From the IMG/VR virus record IMGVR_UViG_3300027833_003138, positions 32,001 through 96,000 of that record: DNA of 64,000 nucleotides. One strand, written 5' to 3'. The DNA is from a virus. The notes under the pieces are model-generated. The model did not search any database. It was not told the origin of the DNA and saw only the letters and a program-made list of their open reading frames with translations. Shown here one piece after another: positions 36,894-46,018 of this stretch (the first letter of the stretch is position 1; every line of letters starts with the position of its first letter). The position numbers and the translations under genes were made by a program.

Positions 36894-37064
36894 TTACTTG
36901 TTGTATAAATTTTTTAATTCTTCTATAAATAAAGGTTTTGCTCCTTGTGATAATTTGTTGTATTGTTTTTTTGCTCGAGAATAAACTCTCTTGCTTGTCG
37001 GATCCGCACTATTGGGATCAAAGTTTAAAATTTTTCTTATTTTCTTGGCTACTGTATTGTTCAT
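36894..37064 (-). CDS. hypothetical basic protein
   Basis: ATG 7 nt after perfect promoter 37072-37100. Confidence 0.65.
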   Translation of the reverse strand: MNNTVAKKIRKILNFDPNSADPTSKRVYSRAKKQYNKLSQGAKPLFIEELKNLYNK

Positions 37065-37071
37065 GGGTTTG

Positions 37072-37100
37072 ATTATAGTATATTTTTTTATTAATGTCAA
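37072..37100 (-). promoter_or_regulatory. consensus sigma70 promoter TTGACA-N17-TATAAT
   Basis: Exact match; likely also drives the tmRNA. Confidence 0.85.
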
Positions 37101-37237
37101 GTCTTTTAATTTAATTATTTATCCATAAAAGTCTTCATCTTCTTTTGATCTCTTTAGCCAAAAGATTGATCCGATTATTGCGGCAACCAAAAAATCTCCA
37201 GGAAAGAATTCAAAATATGAACTTGCTATTGTTTCTA

Positions 37238-37783
37238 TCATCTAAATTCTTTTCTTAATAGTCTCCACCTGTCTGAGTCAATTGGTTTATTTCCATTGTC
37301 AATGGCATGCAGCATTTCTATGACTTCGTCGATAGTATTATAAATATATTTATGAGGAAACATTCCAAGCATCCATAGTGGAGTTTTGGATTTTCCACCC
37401 TCCATGCTTACAAAAACGGGCTTTTTCTCTCTAACTGCCGTGACAATTTCTTCTGCACTTCCCCAACTCGCAACCTCAGGAACGAGGTGAGCAATTATAA
37501 AATCACTTCTGTCCACTAAGTTTAGATCGTATGCGCGAACCGTTTTCATTCTTTCTGTTACTCGGTCATACTGCTTTGTTTTCATCCATGTTTCCATTTC
37601 TTGTCTAGACGATTCGTCTTCCTCTACATCTTTTATGAATGGTTTTTTATATGGATCGAAGCAGGTAATGCTTAGTGGCTCAAGGTCTTCTGCAGCTTTA
37701 TCTCTCCAGTTGCGACCACTTACATATTGCATATGCCCTACTAAATAACACTTTGTTTTATATAATAGATTCTTTTCCGTCAT
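37238..37783 (-). CDS. nucleoside 2-deoxyribosyltransferase-like protein
   Basis: YLVG.M, WR, FDP, DL..VD.SD, S.G...E motifs. Confidence 0.75.
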   Translation of the reverse strand: MTEKNLLYKTKCYLVGHMQYVSGRNWRDKAAEDLEPLSITCFDPYKKPFIKDVEEDESSRQEMETWMKTKQYDRVTERMKTVRAYDLNLVDRSDFIIAHLVPEVASWGSAEEIVTAVREKKPVFVSMEGGKSKTPLWMLGMFPHKYIYNTIDEVIEMLHAIDNGNKPIDSDRWRLLRKEFR

Positions 37784-37814
37784 TCATTCAGTATACAAAA
37801 TACTAAATCAAAAG

Positions 37815-38492
37815 TCAAGAAAATTCGTCGTATTTATTTATATATGTATACCCAAATGATCCTACAGATGTTCCTACATGAGGAATTACCGCCTCGATCG
37901 ATTCTTGAGTGCTTGCACTGGAATAAGTAACGCCCCCATCCGTAGAGACAGGAAATCTAAAATAAGACCATCGAGAAAATCTACCCTCGGCTTCGCCATG
38001 AGATGTCCAGTGGTCCGATCCATACTGAGCTTTAGTTCTTCCGTTTCCATTGATCGCAAAATCAGCAAGCAAATCATTATAATAATCTACATATTTTTCG
38101 AAGTCGTTGCTGTAACCGTTTATGTTTGTAGATAGCGAATTAGGAGCTGTCCCTCCATTCATATAAGAGCCTGCGTCAGTAAGGGAAACAGTGGCTTGCA
38201 GTGATCCTGCAAACGCTGAACCTCCTGATACGTGAATTTTTGCGTGAGAAATTTGAAGATTTGTAAATCTTGCGGTAACATACCACTTGATTGATCCACC
38301 AGATATTCTTTCGCCTGCTAATCTTACTGCTGGGGTTGTGTCAGTAGAATTAGCTACTCCATCACCGTCAATATCTACTGGCAGCGTAACTTTTTCCCAT
38401 ACAGTTGTTCCGTTTATAATCAAAGTCTCAACCTCCTGAGTGCCAAAAAAAACATTCTCTGTATCTCCTAACGGAATATTGCTTTGTGGCAT
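37815..38492 (-). CDS. putative tail-fibre-associated protein
   Basis: Downstream of fibre gene; DIDGDG Ca-loop; Y..YY.DL...HW..HG..EGR. Confidence 0.55.
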   Translation of the reverse strand: MPQSNIPLGDTENVFFGTQEVETLIINGTTVWEKVTLPVDIDGDGVANSTDTTPAVRLAGERISGGSIKWYVTARFTNLQISHAKIHVSGGSAFAGSLQATVSLTDAGSYMNGGTAPNSLSTNINGYSNDFEKYVDYYNDLLADFAINGNGRTKAQYGSDHWTSHGEAEGRFSRWSYFRFPVSTDGGVTYSSASTQESIEAVIPHVGTSVGSFGYTYINKYDEFS

Positions 38493-38505
38493 TTTAAAAA
38501 AATCC

Positions 38506-40863
38506 TTAAGTTGTGATCGTTAACGTCTTTGTCGTGGAATTATAGGAAAATGTCGGAACAGTATCTGTGAATACCGCATTCGCTGGCACCGCTGTTTTTA
38601 CATTATCAAAAGCCCAATCAGAGCTTATTGAAGTTGTAGTTGCTCCGTTCGTTGGGGTGCTGCTTATAGCTCTGTGTGTATTTGTATCTGTAAATACCGC
38701 ATTCGCTGGCACCGCTGTTTTTACATTATCAAAAGCCCAGTCAGAACTTATTGAAGTTGTAGTTGCTCCGTTTGCTGGGGTGCTACTTATACCTCTCCAA
38801 GTGTCTACATTATCCAAAACATTTTGCCCATTCCAAAATAGATTTCCTCCTGAAGCGTAAAGACGGTTTGTTGTTGTTGATGGCACAGTGGAATTTCTTA
38901 GATAAAGAATTCCGTTTAAGTCTAACTTTTCATTTGGACTCGTAGTACCAATACCTACATTGCCTTTTGATTTAACTGTGAATATAGTGCTATTGCTTGT
39001 GGAAATGTCTCCTCTAACGTTAATAAGGTCAATTTCGTCAGCTCTAGTGGATGAATCGATAAACAAGCCGCCAGGTGAATTATTTAACTGAGCGTTTATG
39101 CAAAATTTATGAGACGTGACTGCATTGCCAATACCTACTGTACCGTCACCGTTCATGACCATTATTGGGACGGCATTTGAGTTTCTTATTTGAAGTTGGT
39201 TTGCGGAATATACTGGGGTTAAGAAAAAATCTGCCGGATCAGATGTATTGGCTGTGTTCCTTAAACGTATCTGAGATCTTGTATTATTATTACCCTCGAT
39301 GTGCAGCGCGCAGTTGGGACTCGTAATACCAATGCCTACATTACCTACAGAGGTGATGCGCATTTTTTCCATTGGTGTTGACGAAGAAGTCCCTGCGGCA
39401 CGAGTTCCAAGGGTTAAAGCTCCTCCATAGTCTCCATCCGTATTGTTTTCTTTTATGATTGATATTTGACCAAAGGTGGTTACGTCATTACCTGAATTGT
39501 ATCTACCTCCAAAAATAATACCAGCACCAGCATTTGAATTGTAAGCGTCTGTTCCGATAAAAGTTGCATTTGAAATATTATCGAATGTGGTGTCGTTTGC
39601 GCCATACACTGTTAATGGTGCGATTGGATTCGTAGTACCAATACCTACATTGCCGTTTGAAAGAATGCGAACCTTTTCAGAGTCATTGGTTTTGAATCGC
39701 ATACTGTTGTTGCTATGATCGTACCAAACTGCCCCAACATTACCATCTTCAGCATCTGCCATTTCAAGAATACTATAAGAATCACTTTTGGCTTTTATTT
39801 GTAGCAAGGCTTGCCCATCTGGATTTTCAAATCGACCCAAACTTGTTGGAGTTGCTGAATTAATTTTAACGTGTAATTTACCGCTGGGATCCGTAGTACC
39901 AATACCTACATTGCCGTCGGCATCTATAGTCATGGACTCTCCGAAACCGGCTTTAGATCTAAATATAATATTTCCTCCGTTACCTGTTGTATTGTTCGAT
40001 ATCAAAAGCTCATCTTTATCGTCAACCCTAAGGGTGTCTTTGGGGTTACCTAAGGAATCTTTCCACCTTATCTTGCTGTTGTTGGAAAGAGAAAGGTTTC
40101 CGTTTATATCTAATTTATCGGAAGGGCTTGTTGTGTTTATTCCAATATTTCCCCCATCCTCAATAAAAATTCCATTTCCGCCGTCATCTTCAAGGCTTAA
40201 TCCTGCAGAGTCTCTAGCCCTTAACTTGTCAGAGAATATATATTTACCATCGGCAATCCCCAAATTTTCACTTAAATCCCAAGAGTCTGTAGCGTTGCTC
40301 CATAAAATAGTTTTATCTGTTGTTCCTTTAAGGGTTATTCCTCCCTGATCTGCAGTTGTATCTGTAGCCGAATCCAAAACAGCCAACTCTATATTTTTAT
40401 CTTCAACCCGAACCGTAGAGGTTTCCATGATCACTCGATCCCCAGAAACATACAGATTTCCATTGATTTGTGCATTTCCCTCCACGAACAAGCCCGAGCG
40501 AAATACCGCATCTTGATCCACATGCAGAGTTCCAGAAAGCTGAGTGTTTTCTCCGACATTTAAATCGTCTTCAACATACAACTTGGATTTCAATACCGCA
40601 TCTTGATCCACATGCAGAGTTCCAGAAAGCTGAGTGTTTTCTCCGACATTTAAATCGTCTTCAACATACAACTTGGATTTCAATACCGCATCTTGATCCA
40701 CATGAAGAGTTCCAGAAAGCTGAGTGTTTTCTCCGACATTTAAGTCATCCCTAACGTCTAGATGGCTATAAACCGAAACTCTTCCTCCTGTTGATTGTAT
40801 ATTATCTATCCATAGGATATTACCGCTGAATGTATCTGCATTAAATATTAGATCTGAAATCAT
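38506..40863 (-). CDS. tail fibre protein
   Basis: Repeated GNVGIGTT.P fibre motifs, VEDKNIEL, internal tandem repeats. Confidence 0.8.
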   Translation of the reverse strand: MISDLIFNADTFSGNILWIDNIQSTGGRVSVYSHLDVRDDLNVGENTQLSGTLHVDQDAVLKSKLYVEDDLNVGENTQLSGTLHVDQDAVLKSKLYVEDDLNVGENTQLSGTLHVDQDAVFRSGLFVEGNAQINGNLYVSGDRVIMETSTVRVEDKNIELAVLDSATDTTADQGGITLKGTTDKTILWSNATDSWDLSENLGIADGKYIFSDKLRARDSAGLSLEDDGGNGIFIEDGGNIGINTTSPSDKLDINGNLSLSNNSKIRWKDSLGNPKDTLRVDDKDELLISNNTTGNGGNIIFRSKAGFGESMTIDADGNVGIGTTDPSGKLHVKINSATPTSLGRFENPDGQALLQIKAKSDSYSILEMADAEDGNVGAVWYDHSNNSMRFKTNDSEKVRILSNGNVGIGTTNPIAPLTVYGANDTTFDNISNATFIGTDAYNSNAGAGIIFGGRYNSGNDVTTFGQISIIKENNTDGDYGGALTLGTRAAGTSSSTPMEKMRITSVGNVGIGITSPNCALHIEGNNNTRSQIRLRNTANTSDPADFFLTPVYSANQLQIRNSNAVPIMVMNGDGTVGIGNAVTSHKFCINAQLNNSPGGLFIDSSTRADEIDLINVRGDISTSNSTIFTVKSKGNVGIGTTSPNEKLDLNGILYLRNSTVPSTTTNRLYASGGNLFWNGQNVLDNVDTWRGISSTPANGATTTSISSDWAFDNVKTAVPANAVFTDTNTHRAISSTPTNGATTTSISSDWAFDNVKTAVPANAVFTDTVPTFSYNSTTKTLTITT
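38561..38796. repeat. 123-bp (41-aa) coding tandem repeat, about 2 copies
   Basis: ISSTP.NGATTTSISSDWAFDNVKTAVPANAVFTDT twice. Confidence 0.9.
40502..40743. repeat. 90-bp (30-aa) coding tandem repeat, about 2.7 near-identical copies
   Basis: DDLNVGENTQLSGTLHVDQDAVLKSKLYVE. Confidence 0.95.
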
Positions 40864-40887
40864 GATTTTATTTACACTTGTTTTCTT

Positions 40888-43800
40888 TTATCTTACTGCG
40901 TGAGTATGAATTCTGTACCCAGGTTTTGAGGGAGAAGATAATATAACATAGTAAGAGTCTCTAGAAACGCCTGAAATTAAATATGGAATGCAGTTGGATT
41001 CTGATTCTACTGCAGTTGAGACTGAAGGTATCGCATGAAAGGGGTGGGGGTAAAAAATTTCATATAAATCAGTTCCTTCTGGAATATCTGTCGTGAAGGA
41101 TTGGGTAGTTGTCTTGTTTACTGAGGATTGCCCCGTAGGCCTGGCGTTAATATGAAGTTTGTATTCATCATCCTTTAATTCTGATCCAAAATTTACCGCA
41201 AATCGAAATTCATTCAACCCGGAAATCATATATGGAACGATTGGTCCACCGTTTGAATTTTCTAAAGACAGGGTTACTGCAGGTTTTTCACCGAATGTTT
41301 TCGGGAAATCTAGATAGTAAGAATCCTTGCCTTTATTTAGGGATGCTACAAAGGTAATAACTTCGTCAGAACCTCCGAATACTCTTTCCCAGTGACCGTC
41401 TTCACCGGTTGTAAAAGCTTTTTCAAGGTAAGAGTTTCCCGTTACGGAAAGTTCTCCAATGGGGTTTTCTGTGTTGATTCCGAAATAACCTTCATTGGTT
41501 AGTCTAGCTTGCTCGATGCCAGAGGTTGAAAAAGAAATGAAGTCATCCTCTGTCTCGCTTAGTAGAATTTTTGACTGACCGCCTGCCTCTATCGAAATTT
41601 CATCTTCTCTAAACCTTACAAAGGTGTCTTCATCTTCATAATGATATATATATTCCCCTACATGAATGTCTCCTGTGACTTTTTCGTCTCCATAGATTAA
41701 GGAATTTCCTGACTGAGTGAAATCCCCAGTTAGGTGATAATCCCCAAGCATTCTCATGTCTCCGTATCTCCAGGAGTTTCCAGTTATTTGAAAGTCTCCT
41801 AACAGGTTAGAGTTTCCTATTTTATAAGAATCTCCTTTTTGTCTGTGGTAGCCTGTGTGAGTTAAGTCTCCAACTATTAGTTTGTCTCCATATAACCAAG
41901 AGTCTCCGGTTTGAGCGAAATTTCCCGTTAGATAAAAATTGCCATCCATTCGCATATCCCCGAATCTCCAAGAGTCTCCGGTTATTCGAAGGTCTCCCAG
42001 CAGGTTAGAATCTCCTATTCTGTAAAAGTTCCCTTCTTGCCTGTGGTAGCCTGTATTGGTTATGTCCCCCAAGAAGCAAGAATCTCCAGAAACATGTAGT
42101 GTATAGAGAGGGTTTACTGTTCGAACGTGGTCAAAATAAACGAGCCCTGAAATATTGAAGTGGCTTACTTCCCAGAAATTTCCAGAAATAATTTTCTCTG
42201 CAACTACTCTGTATTTTGAATAAGTTTCTGGGTGATATTTGTCAAGGGTGAAGGTGGAGGCGACCTCTTTACTTTTGTAGTCTGAGGCTTGTAGTCCAGA
42301 AATATTATGTATGGTTTTCCATTCTGTTCCATTGTTTGATGCAACAATCTTTAAGTCTTCCGCGCAGTTTTTCAAATCTTTCCTAAATAAAGAAAAGCCT
42401 TTGTAGTGAAACGGTTCTTCAAAATTTACTTGATGCCAAGCTCCCCCCATCTCTCTATGTATTTCGTCTGGAGAGAGATTATGTCCATCTAGGGATATAT
42501 CAGAACCCCAATTTTGCTGCGACTCAGATGTGTTTGAGTTATAATATCCTGAAGGTTCATATATAGGAAATGACTTTAAGGAAGTTGTTGTTTTTGCTTG
42601 CTCTGAATTTGAGAAATCTATTATTGCTGGATTTAATCTATCAATAACGTTGATTTTTCCGCTTAAATGTTGATGTCCTGCGTGCGAGGATTGATAATAA
42701 AATTCACCCAAATTTGCAGCCTTAAAGTTAAGCTCTCCAGATGCTTCATTCGCGATCACCTGCCCTGTTGAATTTTTAATGCTTATGGACGCGTGTGGCG
42801 TTTGGTTCGAGAACACTAATCTCTGTCCTTTTTTAGCCTCAATCAGAGGGTCTGGCCCAAGCGCGTCTCCACTAAAGTAATAATTTTCTGAATCTACATT
42901 ATGTAATGTATAATTTTTTGTAAGTGGATTTAAAATATCAATCGTTCCGCTGATACTCTCATGCCCAGAGGTTGTCGATTGATAATAAAAGTTTCCTGTA
43001 GAGTTTGGTAAAAATGAAGTTTGACCTTGGTTTTCTAATACTTGTATGTTGTCGTTGTGATCTTTTATAACAACAGGGTGTCCGCTATTGAGGTTTGAGA
43101 AGTTTAAAACGTCTCCCGCTGTAGCTTGAATGTTGGGGTTGGTTCCGCTGGCATCTCCGGAGAATAAATAATTACCTGAATTGCCTGAGTTTAAAAAATA
43201 ATTATATATATCTGAGTCTGCAATAATGATATTGCCACTCATTTTTTCGTGACCCTCTAAGCTGCATTGGTAGAAAAAACTTCCAGTGTTAATTGCTTCA
43301 AGATTAGTTATTCCAGAAACTTCCGAAACTAATTCATTATTTGCGCTATCTTTTATCGATAATGGGTGAGCTTTTGTTTGGTTGGAAAAGGTTAAAGAGT
43401 CGCCGACTTGAACCTGGATATTTGGGTCAAGCCCTGTTGCGCCTCCACTAAATAGGTAGCTACCTCCGTTTTCGTTTATTAAATAATATTCGTGCTCATC
43501 TTCTGATATTGCTCGTGGGTCAATGCCTCCTCCATAACTGTAAGAGCTGTACCCCCCCGACCTTCTTGGGAAATCCATGAATACATCTTTTATTATTCTT
43601 CTGTCTGTAAAGTCTAGGCCGACTCCCATTTTTTCAAATAAGCCAGTTTCTCCAACAAAAATATTTCCGCTGATATCTCCCGTTTGTGTGATATCTATAA
43701 CTTCATTTATGTAAATTGTACTTTGAAAAGTGCAAACATCTGCAAAGGTTTTCTCTCCGCTAATTAATTGGTTGCCAGTTAAGAAAACAGCATTCGCTCC

Positions 43801-43998
43801 GTCTAGTACGGATTTTTTAAAATTTTTAAATTTTATTTTTTCGTTATGGGAGCCTGATCTTGATATCAAAAGAAGTGCGTCATCGTCGCGATTATTTGGG
43901 GGAGCCAGTTTCGCTTGATGCGGAAAAGGGTCTGCAACCTGATCGGAGAGGAGTCTCTGGGTTTCTGGGAGGTTTGATATTCTATTATCCTTATTCAT
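40888..43998 (-). CDS. fibre/spike-like structural protein with 3 cupredoxin-like repeats, discoidin-like domain and Gly-periodic beta-helix
   Basis: HP...YQC..H..M.G repeat; W.QV.F...ASNNG..W...Y..YR; Gly every 6 residues. Confidence 0.7.
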   Translation of the reverse strand: MNKDNRISNLPETQRLLSDQVADPFPHQAKLAPPNNRDDDALLLISRSGSHNEKIKFKNFKKSVLDGANAVFLTGNQLISGEKTFADVCTFQSTIYINEVIDITQTGDISGNIFVGETGLFEKMGVGLDFTDRRIIKDVFMDFPRRSGGYSSYSYGGGIDPRAISEDEHEYYLINENGGSYLFSGGATGLDPNIQVQVGDSLTFSNQTKAHPLSIKDSANNELVSEVSGITNLEAINTGSFFYQCSLEGHEKMSGNIIIADSDIYNYFLNSGNSGNYLFSGDASGTNPNIQATAGDVLNFSNLNSGHPVVIKDHNDNIQVLENQGQTSFLPNSTGNFYYQSTTSGHESISGTIDILNPLTKNYTLHNVDSENYYFSGDALGPDPLIEAKKGQRLVFSNQTPHASISIKNSTGQVIANEASGELNFKAANLGEFYYQSSHAGHQHLSGKINVIDRLNPAIIDFSNSEQAKTTTSLKSFPIYEPSGYYNSNTSESQQNWGSDISLDGHNLSPDEIHREMGGAWHQVNFEEPFHYKGFSLFRKDLKNCAEDLKIVASNNGTEWKTIHNISGLQASDYKSKEVASTFTLDKYHPETYSKYRVVAEKIISGNFWEVSHFNISGLVYFDHVRTVNPLYTLHVSGDSCFLGDITNTGYHRQEGNFYRIGDSNLLGDLRITGDSWRFGDMRMDGNFYLTGNFAQTGDSWLYGDKLIVGDLTHTGYHRQKGDSYKIGNSNLLGDFQITGNSWRYGDMRMLGDYHLTGDFTQSGNSLIYGDEKVTGDIHVGEYIYHYEDEDTFVRFREDEISIEAGGQSKILLSETEDDFISFSTSGIEQARLTNEGYFGINTENPIGELSVTGNSYLEKAFTTGEDGHWERVFGGSDEVITFVASLNKGKDSYYLDFPKTFGEKPAVTLSLENSNGGPIVPYMISGLNEFRFAVNFGSELKDDEYKLHINARPTGQSSVNKTTTQSFTTDIPEGTDLYEIFYPHPFHAIPSVSTAVESESNCIPYLISGVSRDSYYVILSSPSKPGYRIHTHAVR

Positions 43999-44028
43999 TT
44001 GCTTTTATACAAGTTGTATGTACACTTT

Positions 44029-45969
44029 TTATCTAGTTGTCAAAAATTCACCTGTTCTTTCGAAAAATTGAGGTATATCCTGCTCGGATTCTTGAGCTTC
44101 ACATCTAGGTTTTATGGTATTTTTTTGTTCATCAAGCTCCCATAGCTGAAGGGTTGGTAAAGAGGTAACAAATTCAGGCCTATAGGAATCGTTTCCTGGT
44201 TGGAAGGTTCTGAAAATCAATTTATCTCCTAGGTCGTCAAACCATTGAGCATGGTAATCAACTTTTTCTCCGAGTCTGTGAGTGCCCTCTGTGCTTGTGC
44301 AACAATGTATCGTATGCTTTGTTGTTAGATTTGAACCCAGTTTTAACATAAAGGATTTTTTGGTTATATTTGAAATTATATATGGAACTACATACTTTCC
44401 GCCTTCTATGTTGATTGAAATATTTGGAGGCTCATCATACTCAAGGGGGAAAAAGATTTCTTGGGTTGGTTCATCTTCTTTTGGTTGAAAATAAAATCTC
44501 TGCATTCCGTGTCTGTTAGCTCCTGGATCCATAGGAGAAACGTAAGGGAAATCATCATAGCTTAATTCTATTTTTCCTTGCATTATTGAGGAACATATTG
44601 CTGTCGTATGAACTGTGTATTCATCAGACGGAAGTATATTCGAGAATTGCATATAAAATTCGTGGCGATTTCCGTCTTGAAGTATAAATGGAACAATAAT
44701 GTTTCCGTTACAATTTTCAACACTTACATTTAAGATGGGCTTCTCTTTAAAGGTTTTGGGTAAATTTATATGATACTTATCCTCCCCTCCTTGAATGACT
44801 GTTTTAAATGTGACTGTCTCGTCGTTACCTCCGAATACCTTGTTGAATCTTTTGCTGAATTCATCATAAACAAAAACGTTTTCCAGGAAGGAGTTCCCTG
44901 TCACAGACAACTCTCCCATTGGTGTTTTATTATTAATTGCCAGTAGCCCTTCGTTGGTTAGCCTAGCATGCTCTTCTCCGGAGGTAAAAAGCGAAATATG
45001 ATTTGATCCTGATTCGTTTAATAATATTTTACAATATTCACCCGCCTCTAAGCGCGCTTCATTGTTTTTGAATTGAATAAAGGTGTCTCGATCTTCGTAA
45101 TGGTATACATATTCCCCTACGTAGATATCTCCTGCAGTTTTTTTATCTCCCAGTATGAAAGAGTTGCCTAGTTGTGTGAAGTCGCCAGTAATTGAGAAAT
45201 CTCCTGACATCCTCAAGTCACCATATCTCCAAGAGTCTCCGGAAATGCGGAATTCGCCCAATAAGTCCGAGTCGCCTATTCTGTAAAGGTCGCCATTTTG
45301 GCTTTCATTTCCTGTGTGCGCGATGTCTCCTAAAATTAACTCGTTTCCATATAGAGAACGGTCCCCCGTTTGAGAAAAATTTCCCGTTAGATAAAAATCA
45401 CCATCCATTCGCATGTCCCCGAATCTCCAAGAGTCTCCGGTTATTCGAAGGTCTCCAAGCAGGTTAGAATCTCCTATTCTGTAAAAGTTCCCTTCTTGCC
45501 TGTGGTAGCCTGTGTTTGTTATGTCCCCGAGAAAACAAGAATCCCCCGAGATATGGAAGCGGTAAGAGGGTTCGCCATGTCTTTCGTGAAATAATGTTGA
45601 TACTCCAATATTTTGAAAAAGACCAGATGTTCCGACGAAAATGTTTCCAGAAATGTCTCCAGTGAGCGTATTATCTAAGACTTCGTTTACATTTGTTCTG
45701 CTCAAAAAAGTACATGGATCCGCAAAAATTTTACCGCCACTTATTAATTGCTTACCTGTTGATAGAAAGCTCTTATCGAGGATTGAGGATTTTAAGTGAT
45801 TATAAGAGATATTTTCGTTAGAAAGGTTTTCTCTTGCAATCATGAAGGATGCGTTATTGTCCCCGCTGCCAGCTGGCGTAATTTTGGCTTGATGCGGAAA
45901 CGGATGCACCAAATAGTCGGAGTGGAGAATAAGGGATTCTTTTAATTCTGAGATTTTACTATTTGGCAT
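44029..45969 (-). CDS. fibre/spike-like structural protein, paralogue of 40888-43998
   Basis: Shares PFPHQAK, GDISGNIFVG, beta-helix and PKTF.EKP domains. Confidence 0.7.
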   Translation of the reverse strand: MPNSKISELKESLILHSDYLVHPFPHQAKITPAGSGDNNASFMIARENLSNENISYNHLKSSILDKSFLSTGKQLISGGKIFADPCTFLSRTNVNEVLDNTLTGDISGNIFVGTSGLFQNIGVSTLFHERHGEPSYRFHISGDSCFLGDITNTGYHRQEGNFYRIGDSNLLGDLRITGDSWRFGDMRMDGDFYLTGNFSQTGDRSLYGNELILGDIAHTGNESQNGDLYRIGDSDLLGEFRISGDSWRYGDLRMSGDFSITGDFTQLGNSFILGDKKTAGDIYVGEYVYHYEDRDTFIQFKNNEARLEAGEYCKILLNESGSNHISLFTSGEEHARLTNEGLLAINNKTPMGELSVTGNSFLENVFVYDEFSKRFNKVFGGNDETVTFKTVIQGGEDKYHINLPKTFKEKPILNVSVENCNGNIIVPFILQDGNRHEFYMQFSNILPSDEYTVHTTAICSSIMQGKIELSYDDFPYVSPMDPGANRHGMQRFYFQPKEDEPTQEIFFPLEYDEPPNISINIEGGKYVVPYIISNITKKSFMLKLGSNLTTKHTIHCCTSTEGTHRLGEKVDYHAQWFDDLGDKLIFRTFQPGNDSYRPEFVTSLPTLQLWELDEQKNTIKPRCEAQESEQDIPQFFERTGEFLTTR

Positions 45970-45985
45970 GACGGTCTTTTGTAAA

Positions 45986-46009
45986 TACACTTAATTGATA
46001 AAAGGTGTA
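45986..46009. promoter_or_regulatory. divergent pair of GTGTA putative late promoters
   Basis: TACAC-N14-GTGTA between divergent structural genes. Confidence 0.6.
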
Positions 46010-46018
46010 CTCTATTTA

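Noticed and set aside
40502-40743. Possible CRISPR array
   Set aside because: Contiguous 90-bp in-frame coding repeats with no unique spacers; no cas genes
41918-45555. Diversity-generating retroelement TR/VR pair
   Set aside because: Mismatches are mostly synonymous and not adenine-specific, both copies are mid-gene, and no reverse transcriptase is in the window
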